This document shows, piece after piece, positions 9,012-18,830 of a stretch of 64,000 nt of DNA. This stretch comes from a virus: positions 115,976 to 179,975 of the IMG/VR virus record IMGVR_UViG_3300026488_000012, one strand, 5' to 3'. A program made the position numbers and the translations under genes. Numbering within the stretch: position 1 is the first letter of the stretch; each line of letters begins with the position of its first letter. The notes below the pieces were generated by a model. It had not been told where the DNA came from, did no database searches, and saw only the letters and a list, made by a program, of their open reading frames with translations.

Positions 9012-9083
9012 TTTAATTTCTTCTTTTTTTTTTATTTTAAACATATATATATATATGTATGTATTTCGAACTGATTTCGTGTA

Positions 9084-9102
9084 TATACTATTAAAACGCA
9101 AT
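9084..9102 (+). promoter_or_regulatory. early promoter variant
   Basis: TATACTATTAAAACGCAAT followed by A-tract and AAGGAG. Confidence 0.5.
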
Positions 9103-9127
9103 AAAACAAAAAAAAAAGGAGTTAAAA

Positions 9128-10132
9128 ATGGTACTTAATCAAAATTTAGCTGATCAAAATTCAGTAAGTAGAGTAAAAAGATGTACAGTTTGTGGAGCAG
9201 TATACGGTCGCTCCATAGGAACGCTGGAAAGATGTGATATCTGTGGCGGTATACTCATAGACGCGACACAAGATGCTTTTCTACAACAAAGAATGAATCA
9301 AGGATTCGCGCCATCATATTCGTATATTCCAAATACGCCTAATCATATACCTGGACATATGAATATGTCCAGTAATTCTAATTTATATACACCTCATGTA
9401 GGTAATAAAACATTCTTGAAGGACCTATATGAAAACGGTCTCATCGATACCTATGTGAAAGTCACTTATAGTTTTCAAGAGGCGTACGAGGATAAAAATT
9501 GGATTTTACACTACGGTTATGGTACAGGTATGTATGGTCTAAAAAATGAAATCACACAAGTAGAACAAGGTGATGTTGGTAGAGATTCATTAACGCTAGG
9601 AACGTTGTTTAATGACACAGTAACTTTGTTAAAAGAAGTGGTACTTGATGAGGATAGTAAAGGAACACTGGATATAGATGCCAGTGTTACGTATATTCGT
9701 GGAGACAATAATATAGACAGTATATTACAGGTGATTGAATTAGATAACGACGGCGAAAAAGCATTGACCGCAAGTTTAATAAGTGAGGAAAGCAAATGCA
9801 TAGACGGCGTTTATAAAAAAGCTATGCTTCTCACCGTTTATTATTTAAATAGAGAATTAATATTAAGTAATGAAGTCTCTATTACTATCGAAGACGTTGA
9901 GTTGGAAGATGGTAATAGAGTACTTTATATAAGTTCTGATAACTCAAAAACTGTAAGAAGAGTTAACTTTAGAGAAAACACAAACAGTATTTATATCTAC
10001 GATAACATTAATCTTCTACCAGAAGAGATTAAATATGTTTACAGTTTAAGGTTAGTAGATAGTGAATCTTACAAAATCGCAGTTGACAGTTTAAAATTAA
10101 AAGTAAACTACAGAGTAAGAAAGACTACATAG
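9128..10132 (+). CDS. N-terminal zinc-ribbon (CxxC..CxxC) protein with Q/N/P-rich linker
   Basis: KRCTVCG...ERCDICGG at the N-terminus. Confidence 0.7.
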   Translation: MVLNQNLADQNSVSRVKRCTVCGAVYGRSIGTLERCDICGGILIDATQDAFLQQRMNQGFAPSYSYIPNTPNHIPGHMNMSSNSNLYTPHVGNKTFLKDLYENGLIDTYVKVTYSFQEAYEDKNWILHYGYGTGMYGLKNEITQVEQGDVGRDSLTLGTLFNDTVTLLKEVVLDEDSKGTLDIDASVTYIRGDNNIDSILQVIELDNDGEKALTASLISEESKCIDGVYKKAMLLTVYYLNRELILSNEVSITIEDVELEDGNRVLYISSDNSKTVRRVNFRENTNSIYIYDNINLLPEEIKYVYSLRLVDSESYKIAVDSLKLKVNYRVRKTT

Positions 10133-10144
10133 TCTTTCTTACTC
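10113..10144 (+). terminator. terminator hairpin built from the last codons of the ORF
   Basis: GAGTAAGAAAGACTA-ca-TAGTCTTTCTTACTC 15-bp stem, then poly-T. Confidence 0.75.
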
Positions 10145-10156
10145 GTCATCTTTTTT

Positions 10157-10231
10157 TTTTTAATTTTAACTATATATATTGTTATCTTACTAAAATGCAA
10201 TAAAACTACAAGATTAGGAGGTAAATATGAG
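10157..10231 (+). repeat. 75-bp promoter+RBS cassette, copy 2
   Basis: Identical to 5978-6052. Confidence 0.92.
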
Positions 10232-12266
10232 AATAGGCGTTAGAACACTTTATAGATTACCATTAAAAGACATAGTTGAGTTAAGAACTAATTTAACATT
10301 AGTATTCGAAGACGGTATAGAGATACAAGCTACGTATAAAGAGGTTATAATATTTAGAGCATTAACAGATTTTCTTACCAAATGGGAAGTACCCATTACG
10401 TCAGATATGTGGTTAAGTAACTTCTATACGAAAGGTTACTTCAGTAAGGATACTTACTTAGAAATGTATTCTCTTATGTATCAGAGAATCGTTAAACTAA
10501 TTCTTGAACCGCAAGGAAGATATGGAGAACATTCCGAGGTATTAAAAGACATATTCAAATCTGTTAATATTTTCGTAAATGAGATTGTATCTAAGATACA
10601 GGATTATAATATAGGTATAGAGATTATAGATATTTTACCTATAGCGTTAGACGAGGAACAGCTGTTATCTATTATGGAAGTAGAGAAAAATCCTACACAA
10701 GAATCTATCGAACACACGTATCAAGTGTTAGATAAAGTTATACATAAACCTGAGAATAGTGGAAAAGTTATGAGACTCGTTTATGATTCAGGTATGGTTA
10801 ATCTCAATCAGCTAAGACAGCTATTCGGTAGTAGGGGATTCTTAACAGAGATAAATTCACAGATATTTAAGAAACCTATGATAAATAGCTTTACATTAGG
10901 TTTTAGGGATATGTATGAAGCTATTATAGAGTCAAGAGCGGGTGCGAAAGCTCTTAACTTATCTACAAAAGCTATTCAGAAATCTGAGAAGACAGCAAGA
11001 GAATTTCAGTTAGCTACTATGCCTGTCGAAGAAATAGTTTACGGTGACTGCGGTAACAGAGACTATATGGAGATAACTGTAAGACCTAAAGAAATAGATG
11101 AAGATGGTAATGTAGTACACCAAGGAGACCTTAAAAACCTGTTAGGTTCTAAGTTTTTAAACGATAAAGGAGAATGGGAAACAATTACTCCTGAACATAA
11201 ATATTTAGAAGGACAGACTATTAAGTTAAGGTCAGTATTACACTGTAAATTAAGAAACAAGAAGCAAATATGTACTGCGTGTTATGGAGACCTCGCTTAT
11301 GGTATGTTTTTACATCAAAATGTGGGACATATAAATACTACAAACATAACAAGGGATATTTCACAGTCACTACTATCTACTAAACACTTATTAAAGTCAG
11401 CATCATCCGCTCCACTTAATCCACATCCATCTGTATTTGAGTTCTTTAACCTTAAGGATGAGAAGCTATTTATAAAACCTGAGTATATAGCTAAAAAGAA
11501 CAAAAACAAAATTTATATACTTGTACCACAATCACAGGCTAGAGGGTTAAGAGGAATAAATGATATCAATATCCTTAACGTCAATATTAACAAGATATCA
11601 AGAATAACTAACATCGCAATAGTGATAGAAGATCCAGAAGGTAATAAAGAAATACATCCGGTGTCTATACTATCGGATAGAAGATATGGATTTTTCACAT
11701 TCGATTTTATCAGATATATAAGAAAGAACGGTTATTTTGTAATGGCAGAGTTTCCTGATTTTTATGCTATCGATATCTCAAACATCGATAGGAAGCTACC
11801 TATTATAAAATATGAGAGAGCAGAGTTTGACTTTAATATCTTAAGCGATGAGTTTAGTAAGCTTATAGCGGATAAGAAATACGTTATAGTAGGAGGTAAA
11901 CGTAAATCTGAATATACTCCTGAAGTATTAGTTCAGAAACTATTTGACTTACTTAACAAGAAGCTATCTATAAATATTAAAAAGATAGAAGCTATGGTTT
12001 ACGGATTTACTGCTTATAACTTAGACCAAGATAACTTCGATTTAGGAAGAAACTCCGAATATATGGATGTTATCGGATTGAAGTATGCTATAGATTATAG
12101 GTCTATAGGGGGAAGTTATGACTGGAGTAGATTCACTACTAAAATATATTCTCCGTATATGTTCTTCCCTAGAAATAAACCTGATCATCCATTAGACGTA
12201 TTATTCAAACCTAACGAAGTATTAAATTACTATAAAAACGCATACCCATTAATAAAGGATAAGTGA
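10227..12266 (+). CDS. non-virion RNA polymerase beta' subunit, C-terminal part (phiKZ gp74-like)
   Basis: QLFGSRG, ESRAGAKAL, DCGN, LRSVLHCK..ICTACYG zinc site, QSLLSTKH; synteny with beta and SF2 helicase. Confidence 0.88.
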   Translation: MRIGVRTLYRLPLKDIVELRTNLTLVFEDGIEIQATYKEVIIFRALTDFLTKWEVPITSDMWLSNFYTKGYFSKDTYLEMYSLMYQRIVKLILEPQGRYGEHSEVLKDIFKSVNIFVNEIVSKIQDYNIGIEIIDILPIALDEEQLLSIMEVEKNPTQESIEHTYQVLDKVIHKPENSGKVMRLVYDSGMVNLNQLRQLFGSRGFLTEINSQIFKKPMINSFTLGFRDMYEAIIESRAGAKALNLSTKAIQKSEKTAREFQLATMPVEEIVYGDCGNRDYMEITVRPKEIDEDGNVVHQGDLKNLLGSKFLNDKGEWETITPEHKYLEGQTIKLRSVLHCKLRNKKQICTACYGDLAYGMFLHQNVGHINTTNITRDISQSLLSTKHLLKSASSAPLNPHPSVFEFFNLKDEKLFIKPEYIAKKNKNKIYILVPQSQARGLRGINDINILNVNINKISRITNIAIVIEDPEGNKEIHPVSILSDRRYGFFTFDFIRYIRKNGYFVMAEFPDFYAIDISNIDRKLPIIKYERAEFDFNILSDEFSKLIADKKYVIVGGKRKSEYTPEVLVQKLFDLLNKKLSINIKKIEAMVYGFTAYNLDQDNFDLGRNSEYMDVIGLKYAIDYRSIGGSYDWSRFTTKIYSPYMFFPRNKPDHPLDVLFKPNEVLNYYKNAYPLIKDK

Positions 12267-13771
12267 TGATGATAATTAAAACTAACCAGGGGTTTATCGT
12301 TAGACCCTCTGGCGAGGATATTTTTGATTTATTACCTAAACTTAAATTCTTCTTAAAGAAGTTCACTACCTATAGGTTAATAGTTGATAAAAAGAACAGG
12401 ACCAAGAAACTTGAAGTAGATAGAACTTTTTATTTACAGGATTTAAGAAATAGTAGGTTATATTTCATAGATACGGTCTATAAACAATTCAAAGGTTACT
12501 TTAAGAGAGAAATAACAGAAGAATTAATTAGAGAAGATTACGATGTAAGAGAATTAGGTAATGTAGATATAAATCCTAAATATTTACCAAGAGAATACCA
12601 AAAAAAATACATAGAAATAATAACGAAAACTAAACTACCAAGAATACTGGTAGATTTACAGACAGGTAAGGGTAAGTCGTTTATAGCTACTTACTCGGCA
12701 GTTAAAAGAGGTAAGGTCTTTGGATTTTTATTATTACCAAGGTACATAGATAAATGGATAAAAGATATAACAGAGTACACTACTCTTAGAGAAGATGAGA
12801 TATATGTGGTAAGAGGAAGTGGTAGTCTTAATGCTTTAGCATATCTAATAGAAGAGGAACTAAGTAAATATAAAGTTTTTATATTCTCTCTTACAACTAT
12901 GAGAGAATACCTATCTAATTATTTAGACATAAATGAAGAGTTCAGGTATGAATTAGAACCAAGTGAGTTATTACCTTTCCTTGGTATAGAAACACTTATC
13001 TCGGATGAGATACACCAGGAGTTCCATAATGTATTTAATTTAACTCTTTTATTAGACCCTAAATTTTTATTAGGATTATCTGCTACATTATTACCAAGGG
13101 ATAATAGAGAGAAAGAAATACAAGAGAGTTTCTTCCCAGAGGATTATCGAGTATCTAACATTATAAAGTATGATAGGTACATAGACGTGGTAGCAGTAGA
13201 GTATAATTTAGTAAATCCTAATAGATATAAGCGAGTTGAAACATCTAGAGGGTACTCACATACTAAATTTGAGCAAACTCTTATGAAGTATAAGCTAACA
13301 TTAAAGAGCTATTTTGAATTAATATATGCGTTATTAATGAGATACTATGTTAAGCCAAAGAAAGAGGGAGATAAAGCTCTTATATTTGTAACTACTGTGG
13401 AGCTTGCTAAGAAGTTAAGGGATTACTTAAGATCTAAATTACCCGACCTTAAAATAGAGAAATATACTTCCGAAGACCCTTATGATATATTGTTCAACTC
13501 TGATGTTATTATATCTACATTAGGTAGTGCAGGAACCGGAGTGGATATACCTAATCTTAGAGTAGTTATACAGACGGTATTAATAAAATCAGCTAAGACT
13601 AATATACAAGCATTAGGTAGACTTAGAAAACTAAATGATAGAAACGTAACATTTATCTATATATTCTCTCCTGATATAAGGAAACATCTTGAATATAATA
13701 GAGAGAGAATAGATGTCTTCAGGGATAGAGTGAGAAGTCTTAAATTTGTAAGATATCATAAACTTATTTAG
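12263..13771 (+). CDS. SF2 (UvsW-like) DEAH/DEIH helicase (phiKZ gp75-like)
   Basis: LQTGKGKS, SDEIHQ, LSAT, GTGVDIPNL, QALGRLR. Confidence 0.92.
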   Translation: MMMIIKTNQGFIVRPSGEDIFDLLPKLKFFLKKFTTYRLIVDKKNRTKKLEVDRTFYLQDLRNSRLYFIDTVYKQFKGYFKREITEELIREDYDVRELGNVDINPKYLPREYQKKYIEIITKTKLPRILVDLQTGKGKSFIATYSAVKRGKVFGFLLLPRYIDKWIKDITEYTTLREDEIYVVRGSGSLNALAYLIEEELSKYKVFIFSLTTMREYLSNYLDINEEFRYELEPSELLPFLGIETLISDEIHQEFHNVFNLTLLLDPKFLLGLSATLLPRDNREKEIQESFFPEDYRVSNIIKYDRYIDVVAVEYNLVNPNRYKRVETSRGYSHTKFEQTLMKYKLTLKSYFELIYALLMRYYVKPKKEGDKALIFVTTVELAKKLRDYLRSKLPDLKIEKYTSEDPYDILFNSDVIISTLGSAGTGVDIPNLRVVIQTVLIKSAKTNIQALGRLRKLNDRNVTFIYIFSPDIRKHLEYNRERIDVFRDRVRSLKFVRYHKLI

Positions 13772-13774
13772 ATA

Positions 13775-13802
13775 CAGATACTCGCGTAGGTGCGAGTATC
13801 TG
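13775..13802 (+). terminator. intrinsic terminator
   Basis: CAGATACTCGC-gtaggt-GCGAGTATCTG 11-bp stem. Confidence 0.65.
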
Positions 13803-13838
13803 ATGAAATATTTTCTTTTTTCATATAAGGAGTTATAT

Positions 13839-14435
13839 ATGGCTGATTGTAAAATATGTTTTAGTACAAATGAGGTAGCCGAGTTATACGAGATTATGCA
13901 GAATAAAACTAACTTATCGGTAAATGAGTTAAAGGAGATTATAGCTAACAAAGCTGGTGTGAATTCCTTATGTAAAATACTTAATGAATTCTTAGATACT
14001 ATAGAAGGTAAACTACCGGATGATCTAAGTATTAAAATAAAAAACAAGATACCTGATATAGATTCAAAAATATCCGAGGTAGATGAAACAATTAGAAGGG
14101 TTAATGAGAAAATAGAAGAACTGGAAGAAATTAAGATAGATAAAAAAGACCTTAAAGAGTTTGAGAAGGTTAAGAATTGTTTTAATTCTTTAAAAATAGT
14201 TAGGGAAAAGGTAGAGGTTAAAGATGGTGTATTTGAGTTAGAAAATACACCAACATTTCTTCTTGGTAACCCGTTCTTAAATAGCGACTATATAGTAAAT
14301 TCCTCAGATGGTGTTTATTTCTTAGAAAAAGAACCATCCTTGTTATATGGTAAGAAGTTCTTAACAGAGTCTAGTCTTAATGGTTATATGTATGTTAAGT
14401 ACTTTACATTAATAACAGATTGTGAAGATATGTAA
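13839..14435 (+). CDS. hypothetical protein with coiled coil
   Basis: Start moved to ATG 13839 (AAGGAG). Confidence 0.7.
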   Translation: MADCKICFSTNEVAELYEIMQNKTNLSVNELKEIIANKAGVNSLCKILNEFLDTIEGKLPDDLSIKIKNKIPDIDSKISEVDETIRRVNEKIEELEEIKIDKKDLKEFEKVKNCFNSLKIVREKVEVKDGVFELENTPTFLLGNPFLNSDYIVNSSDGVYFLEKEPSLLYGKKFLTESSLNGYMYVKYFTLITDCEDM

Positions 14436-14454
14436 ATGATGAAAGGAGTAATAC

Positions 14455-15105
14455 ATGGCTAATAAACTTATTTTTTTACCTGTCAAAGAGATTAAGTCAA
14501 AGTTAGTAGAGAAAGTAGATATATTAGAGTTCAGGGAACTCCAACAGAAAGTTGATGAGTTAGATAGAAGATTAAAGAATTTATTAGAAACTGACTTAGA
14601 GAAATTATCAGAACAAGTCGATAAAATAGATTTCGATAAATTAAAAGAGTTAGAAGATGAGTTATCAAAAATTAACTCATTACTTATATCGGAAGATGAG
14701 TTAATAAAACAACAGATAGAAAAAGCTATAGAGGATTTAGATTTAACAGAAGTCGAAGAAGAACTAAAAGCTTACGTAGATGAAAAATTTACAAGAGTTC
14801 TAAAAAATGCTGAGAAAGTTATTCCAGTACATATGGAGATAGACACTACTGATTTTACTTTAGACTTAGATTACAAGGTAAAACATATAGTAGAGTTGGG
14901 TGTTCCTATATTCTTCTATAACGAAGATGAAGATATAGTTATCGTTGATTATGTTACTGTAGACAATGTGACGCCTACTACAATTAAATTGTTAGTAACT
15001 GATGAACTTGTAGAAAAACTTAAAGAAATATCTGATAGTGGGTATAAACTTTACACTAAGTTTAATTATGTGTCTAAATTAGCTGATGTTATGGGATTAG
15101 ATTAA
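14455..15105 (+). CDS. coiled-coil protein, possible virion fibre/appendage component
   Basis: Heptad-rich N-half plus beta-rich C-domain; neighbours are structural. Confidence 0.55.
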   Translation: MANKLIFLPVKEIKSKLVEKVDILEFRELQQKVDELDRRLKNLLETDLEKLSEQVDKIDFDKLKELEDELSKINSLLISEDELIKQQIEKAIEDLDLTEVEEELKAYVDEKFTRVLKNAEKVIPVHMEIDTTDFTLDLDYKVKHIVELGVPIFFYNEDEDIVIVDYVTVDNVTPTTIKLLVTDELVEKLKEISDSGYKLYTKFNYVSKLADVMGLD

Positions 15106-15125
15106 AATTATAAAGGAGATAAGTT

Positions 15126-16013
15126 ATGGTTGTTTTAATGTTCAAGAATTTAGATATACCAGATGGATTCACACATAAGTCATCTGACTGGCAGATAGCT
15201 GAAGATAAGTATTTTAAAAATATAGTAGCTGAATCTAGAAACGATACTAAAAACTTAACATCTATTTTGTTCGATGTTGATTTAGACCCTGATAAGAAGT
15301 ATTATGCAAGAGCTAGAGTTATTATGGATTATGGTCCATCGGATTGGTCTGATATAGATATAATACAAGCTGAAGACCTCAATAAAGTTGATTTAGATAC
15401 AGATATACCTTCAGTAGTAGCTACACCAGAAGTTTCTGTTAATTTCCCCTATGATAAAGTACCTCCTAGTATGTTTACCATAACTACGTCAAATATGTCT
15501 ACTAACAGCAATGCTAAACACATGTCTACTGATTGGTTCATAACAGATATAGACGGTAACTTAGTATATATTAATATTGATGACCAGACTAATCTGACAT
15601 CTTTATTCGTAGATGATATCTTGTTAGAACCAGATAAGTTCTATAGAATAAAAGCATCGCATAAGTCATCATCCGGAGATATATCTGAGTTAGGAGAGAG
15701 ATTAATTTACGTACCAGACGCCAAGGAGATAGAACTAGCAGAAAGATTCAATACTGCTAATGTTAGAAAAAATGGGTTAAAAGTAAATCTAAAACCAGTA
15801 GACGATGTTGAGAATATATATGTAAAAGTATGGATGGTTGGAGATAACAACGCAGTTAAAGCATATGAAAATATTGAAGATATTTTTTCTTTTGTTATAC
15901 CAGGTGATTACTTTACATCAGAGTTAGGTAAATATCTTGTAGAAATACAGTATGAATATATTAACGGAGAGAAATCTAATATTAAATATTTCCCATTAAC
16001 GGTAACAGGATAA
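15126..16013 (+). CDS. virion structural protein with tandem Fn3/Ig-like modules (paralog of 43001)
   Basis: Repeats H.S(S/T)DW.I..D..NLTS....L.P.K.Y..(R/K)A...S.WS shared with the 43001 N-terminus. Confidence 0.6.
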   Translation: MVVLMFKNLDIPDGFTHKSSDWQIAEDKYFKNIVAESRNDTKNLTSILFDVDLDPDKKYYARARVIMDYGPSDWSDIDIIQAEDLNKVDLDTDIPSVVATPEVSVNFPYDKVPPSMFTITTSNMSTNSNAKHMSTDWFITDIDGNLVYINIDDQTNLTSLFVDDILLEPDKFYRIKASHKSSSGDISELGERLIYVPDAKEIELAERFNTANVRKNGLKVNLKPVDDVENIYVKVWMVGDNNAVKAYENIEDIFSFVIPGDYFTSELGKYLVEIQYEYINGEKSNIKYFPLTVTG

Positions 16014-16023
16014 CCTGTTACCG
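16000..16023 (+). terminator. terminator overlapping the stop codon
   Basis: CGGTAACAGG-ataa-CCTGTTACCG. Confidence 0.65.
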
Positions 16024-16085
16024 AAATAACTATTTATTTTTTGATAGGGTTTTTACCTATCGAAAAAACAAATAAAGGATAAACA

Positions 16086-16928
16086 ATGGCATTAATTCTT
16101 ACATTAGAAGATTTAAATCAAGAACAAAGTATAAAACAATTAGAAACTAACAAGGTTAGTATTACTACTTTCAATACTACTGTTAACCAAATTGAAAGTG
16201 AAATTTCTGAACTTAATAAAAAGTGTGATGACAACCTGGTAACTGCAAAATCGTATGCAGACGAACTAGTGAAAAGTCTTAAAGAGAATGAAATTGCTGC
16301 TCTTCAGTCAGCTATTGATGTGCTTAACGGCGATGTTAATACAGAAGGTTCTGTAGATTTCAAAATTTCACAAGCTATTTCTAAACTTGTAGATGGCGCA
16401 CCAGAAGCACTTGATACACTTAAAGAAATCGTTGACTTTATCAAAAATACTGAAGTAGATGTTGAAAATCTTATCGATGCCGTTAACGCTAGAGTAGATA
16501 AATTAGTGGACGGTGCTAGTGCTGACTACAACACACTAGGAAAAATTGAACAAAGAATTAAAGAACTTGCTGCTAAAGAAGCAGAAGATATTAACAAACT
16601 AGAAGAGAAAATCGAAACAGTTGGTTCTAGCCTACCAGTTTATAAATATGACGCTGGTCTACCGCTTAACAAAGAAGACGATGTATACACATTTGAAACT
16701 ACTTATATTCCAAATGGTGACATTTTAGAAAATAGAGCAATGATTTACTTCACTGATGATATCGGTAACATTATTAAAGTTGCTGACGCTACTGTATCTA
16801 AAGTAGATGGTAATCCTAAAAAATATAAAGTTGAACTACCTAATGACTTCATTACTAGATTCGCTACAGAGTTAGGACAATCTAAAGTTTCAGTATCATA
16901 TTTCTGGAGAAATATCGATAATCAATAA
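16086..16928 (+). CDS. fibre protein with phage tail-fibre-type repeats
   Basis: LVDGAPEALDTLKEI and LVDGASADYNTLGKI, the typical 'APETLDTLKEI' fibre motif. Confidence 0.65.
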   Translation: MALILTLEDLNQEQSIKQLETNKVSITTFNTTVNQIESEISELNKKCDDNLVTAKSYADELVKSLKENEIAALQSAIDVLNGDVNTEGSVDFKISQAISKLVDGAPEALDTLKEIVDFIKNTEVDVENLIDAVNARVDKLVDGASADYNTLGKIEQRIKELAAKEAEDINKLEEKIETVGSSLPVYKYDAGLPLNKEDDVYTFETTYIPNGDILENRAMIYFTDDIGNIIKVADATVSKVDGNPKKYKVELPNDFITRFATELGQSKVSVSYFWRNIDNQ

Positions 16929-16994
16929 TAAAAACATTTGACACCCAACGGTAATAACTACCGTTGGGTGTTGTTTAAAAATAAAGGGTTAGCT

Positions 16995-17210
16995 ATGTTC
17001 AATCTTATTTTAGTTAAGTTAAAAATGATTATAGAATTCCTAAAGTCTGATTTTTGTATATTATCAGTATACAGGAATTGTAGTAATGATGAAGAAAACT
17101 ATATAGAAGTGCTTAATAATAAGCTAGAATGTTTCTGGAAGTATGTTAAGTTAAAAAACAGTATAGAAAAAGACGACTGTAAAACAATTATTATATTAAA
17201 ACTAGATTAG
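16995..17210 (+). CDS. small hypothetical protein
   Basis: Likely ATG 16995; ends at a bidirectional hairpin. Confidence 0.55.
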   Translation: MFNLILVKLKMIIEFLKSDFCILSVYRNCSNDEENYIEVLNNKLECFWKYVKLKNSIEKDDCKTIIILKLD

Positions 17211-17234
17211 GGAGTAAAAATACTCCCTAATCTA
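17203..17234. terminator. bidirectional terminator between convergent genes
   Basis: TAGATTAGGGAGTA-aaaa-TACTCCCTAATCTA contains both stop codons. Confidence 0.75.
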
Positions 17235-18719
17235 AAATTCTAATTCCATACTATCTAAATCTTCATCTCTCATACATGGTTTATGATCCTCGCTTTCTCC
17301 CGGTATAGGTGCTTTATTAGGATATATGAATTCCAACATAAAGAATTTCTTTTCATCTGGTATAGTAGTAGGTATCCTATGCTTACCTCTCTGAACTGTT
17401 AATACTGGTTTCTTGTCCTTCTTAGCTATATGTATATATAACTCTAAATCTATTTCTTGGTCTAGTCTTTTACTACCATCGTAAAAACCTTTATTAGCTA
17501 TGAATTTAACAAACTCTAATGGAGGTAGACCATTACTTAATAATCTCTTAGCGTCTGTAGAAATCTGATGTGGTGTTACGAATAAAATCTTTTCTCTATT
17601 AGCATAGTTCCTAAACATTTTAAATAGATTTTTTAAATCACTACCGGTTGGTCCTCCTTGTGCTAAACCATCTTTTTGTATTTGACTTAAATAATCTACA
17701 AATACAACCTGTACGTCATATCCAGATAATTTATAACTTTCTATTTTGTCTTTTAATTTTCTAGGTGTTATGTAGTTAGGGTCCATTCTTAATATTTTAA
17801 CACTGAATCCATTTTTAGTTAGTTCTTTCTTAATATAATCCTTCATCTCTTCTTCTGATACATTATTAATATCTACTACCTCACTCTCGTTAGTTATTTT
17901 AAGATATCTATATATAAATTCAAATACATTCTCATTTTCGTCTTCTAGACTAAATAGAATAGCTAATGGTTTCTTATTTTCAAATCTTATAGCGGGTTTA
18001 TTTAAAGTTACTATCTGCGTAAATAAACTAAATGTAAAACCTGACTTATAGTTATGTTGCAGACCCGCTATAGTTACAAATTCACCTTTTCTTAACCCTC
18101 CTTGAGTTGTTTCATTAAGACAACTCCACCCTGTTTTAAATACATGTTCGTCTTTTCTTCTATCTTTAATCCTCTTTATGACGTTAAGTATTATGTCATC
18201 ATCGCTTTCTAAATCTATTTCTTCAACCATAGCGTCATCTGTTCTTCTGTTTAATGTTATCAACTTTAGAAACCTATCTATCATCTCTTGTAAATTCCTA
18301 TCAATTTCATCTATGGTTGATTCCGTCTTTATCTTGTATAGATTAACCTGTAGTATTTTAATAATCTCACTTCTCTTTATAAAATCATCTATTGTTCTTT
18401 TAAGGTACTTAAGAGAACTTTGTAACTCTTTTCCATCTTCTATTTTTCTTATATTCTCTATACTTTTTAGTATATCCTGTCTATTGGATAAAATAAGTTT
18501 TATATTTTCATAGACAGCGTTGTTTTCCTCTATGTCATCTACTATTATTTTATCGAGTATGTTCATTAATTTACCGTATATGTCGCTATCACCGGAATAT
18601 GTTTTAATATTGCTTTCTTCTAATATCTCAAGTATCTTCTTTGCTCTCTCTATATTTTTATCGTTTTTTTCTTTTAATAGCAAAACAATAGTATTAACTA
18701 AGATGGTTAATCTATCCAT
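17232..18719 (-). CDS. dnaB: DnaB-like replicative helicase (phiKZ gp118-like)
   Basis: GGLRKGEFVTIAGLQHNYKSG Walker A variant, FSLED, VFVDYLS, TPHQIS, QRGKHR. Confidence 0.9.
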   Translation of the reverse strand: MDRLTILVNTIVLLLKEKNDKNIERAKKILEILEESNIKTYSGDSDIYGKLMNILDKIIVDDIEENNAVYENIKLILSNRQDILKSIENIRKIEDGKELQSSLKYLKRTIDDFIKRSEIIKILQVNLYKIKTESTIDEIDRNLQEMIDRFLKLITLNRRTDDAMVEEIDLESDDDIILNVIKRIKDRRKDEHVFKTGWSCLNETTQGGLRKGEFVTIAGLQHNYKSGFTFSLFTQIVTLNKPAIRFENKKPLAILFSLEDENENVFEFIYRYLKITNESEVVDINNVSEEEMKDYIKKELTKNGFSVKILRMDPNYITPRKLKDKIESYKLSGYDVQVVFVDYLSQIQKDGLAQGGPTGSDLKNLFKMFRNYANREKILFVTPHQISTDAKRLLSNGLPPLEFVKFIANKGFYDGSKRLDQEIDLELYIHIAKKDKKPVLTVQRGKHRIPTTIPDEKKFFMLEFIYPNKAPIPGESEDHKPCMRDEDLDSMELEF

Positions 18720-18830
18720 TAACTACTCCCTTTATTTAATAACTTTCAGTTCACAGAATTAACTCTAAATACAATTAATGTTAAAGATATTGGAGAGTTT
18801 AAAATGAAACCAGCTTAAGGAGATATAAAA

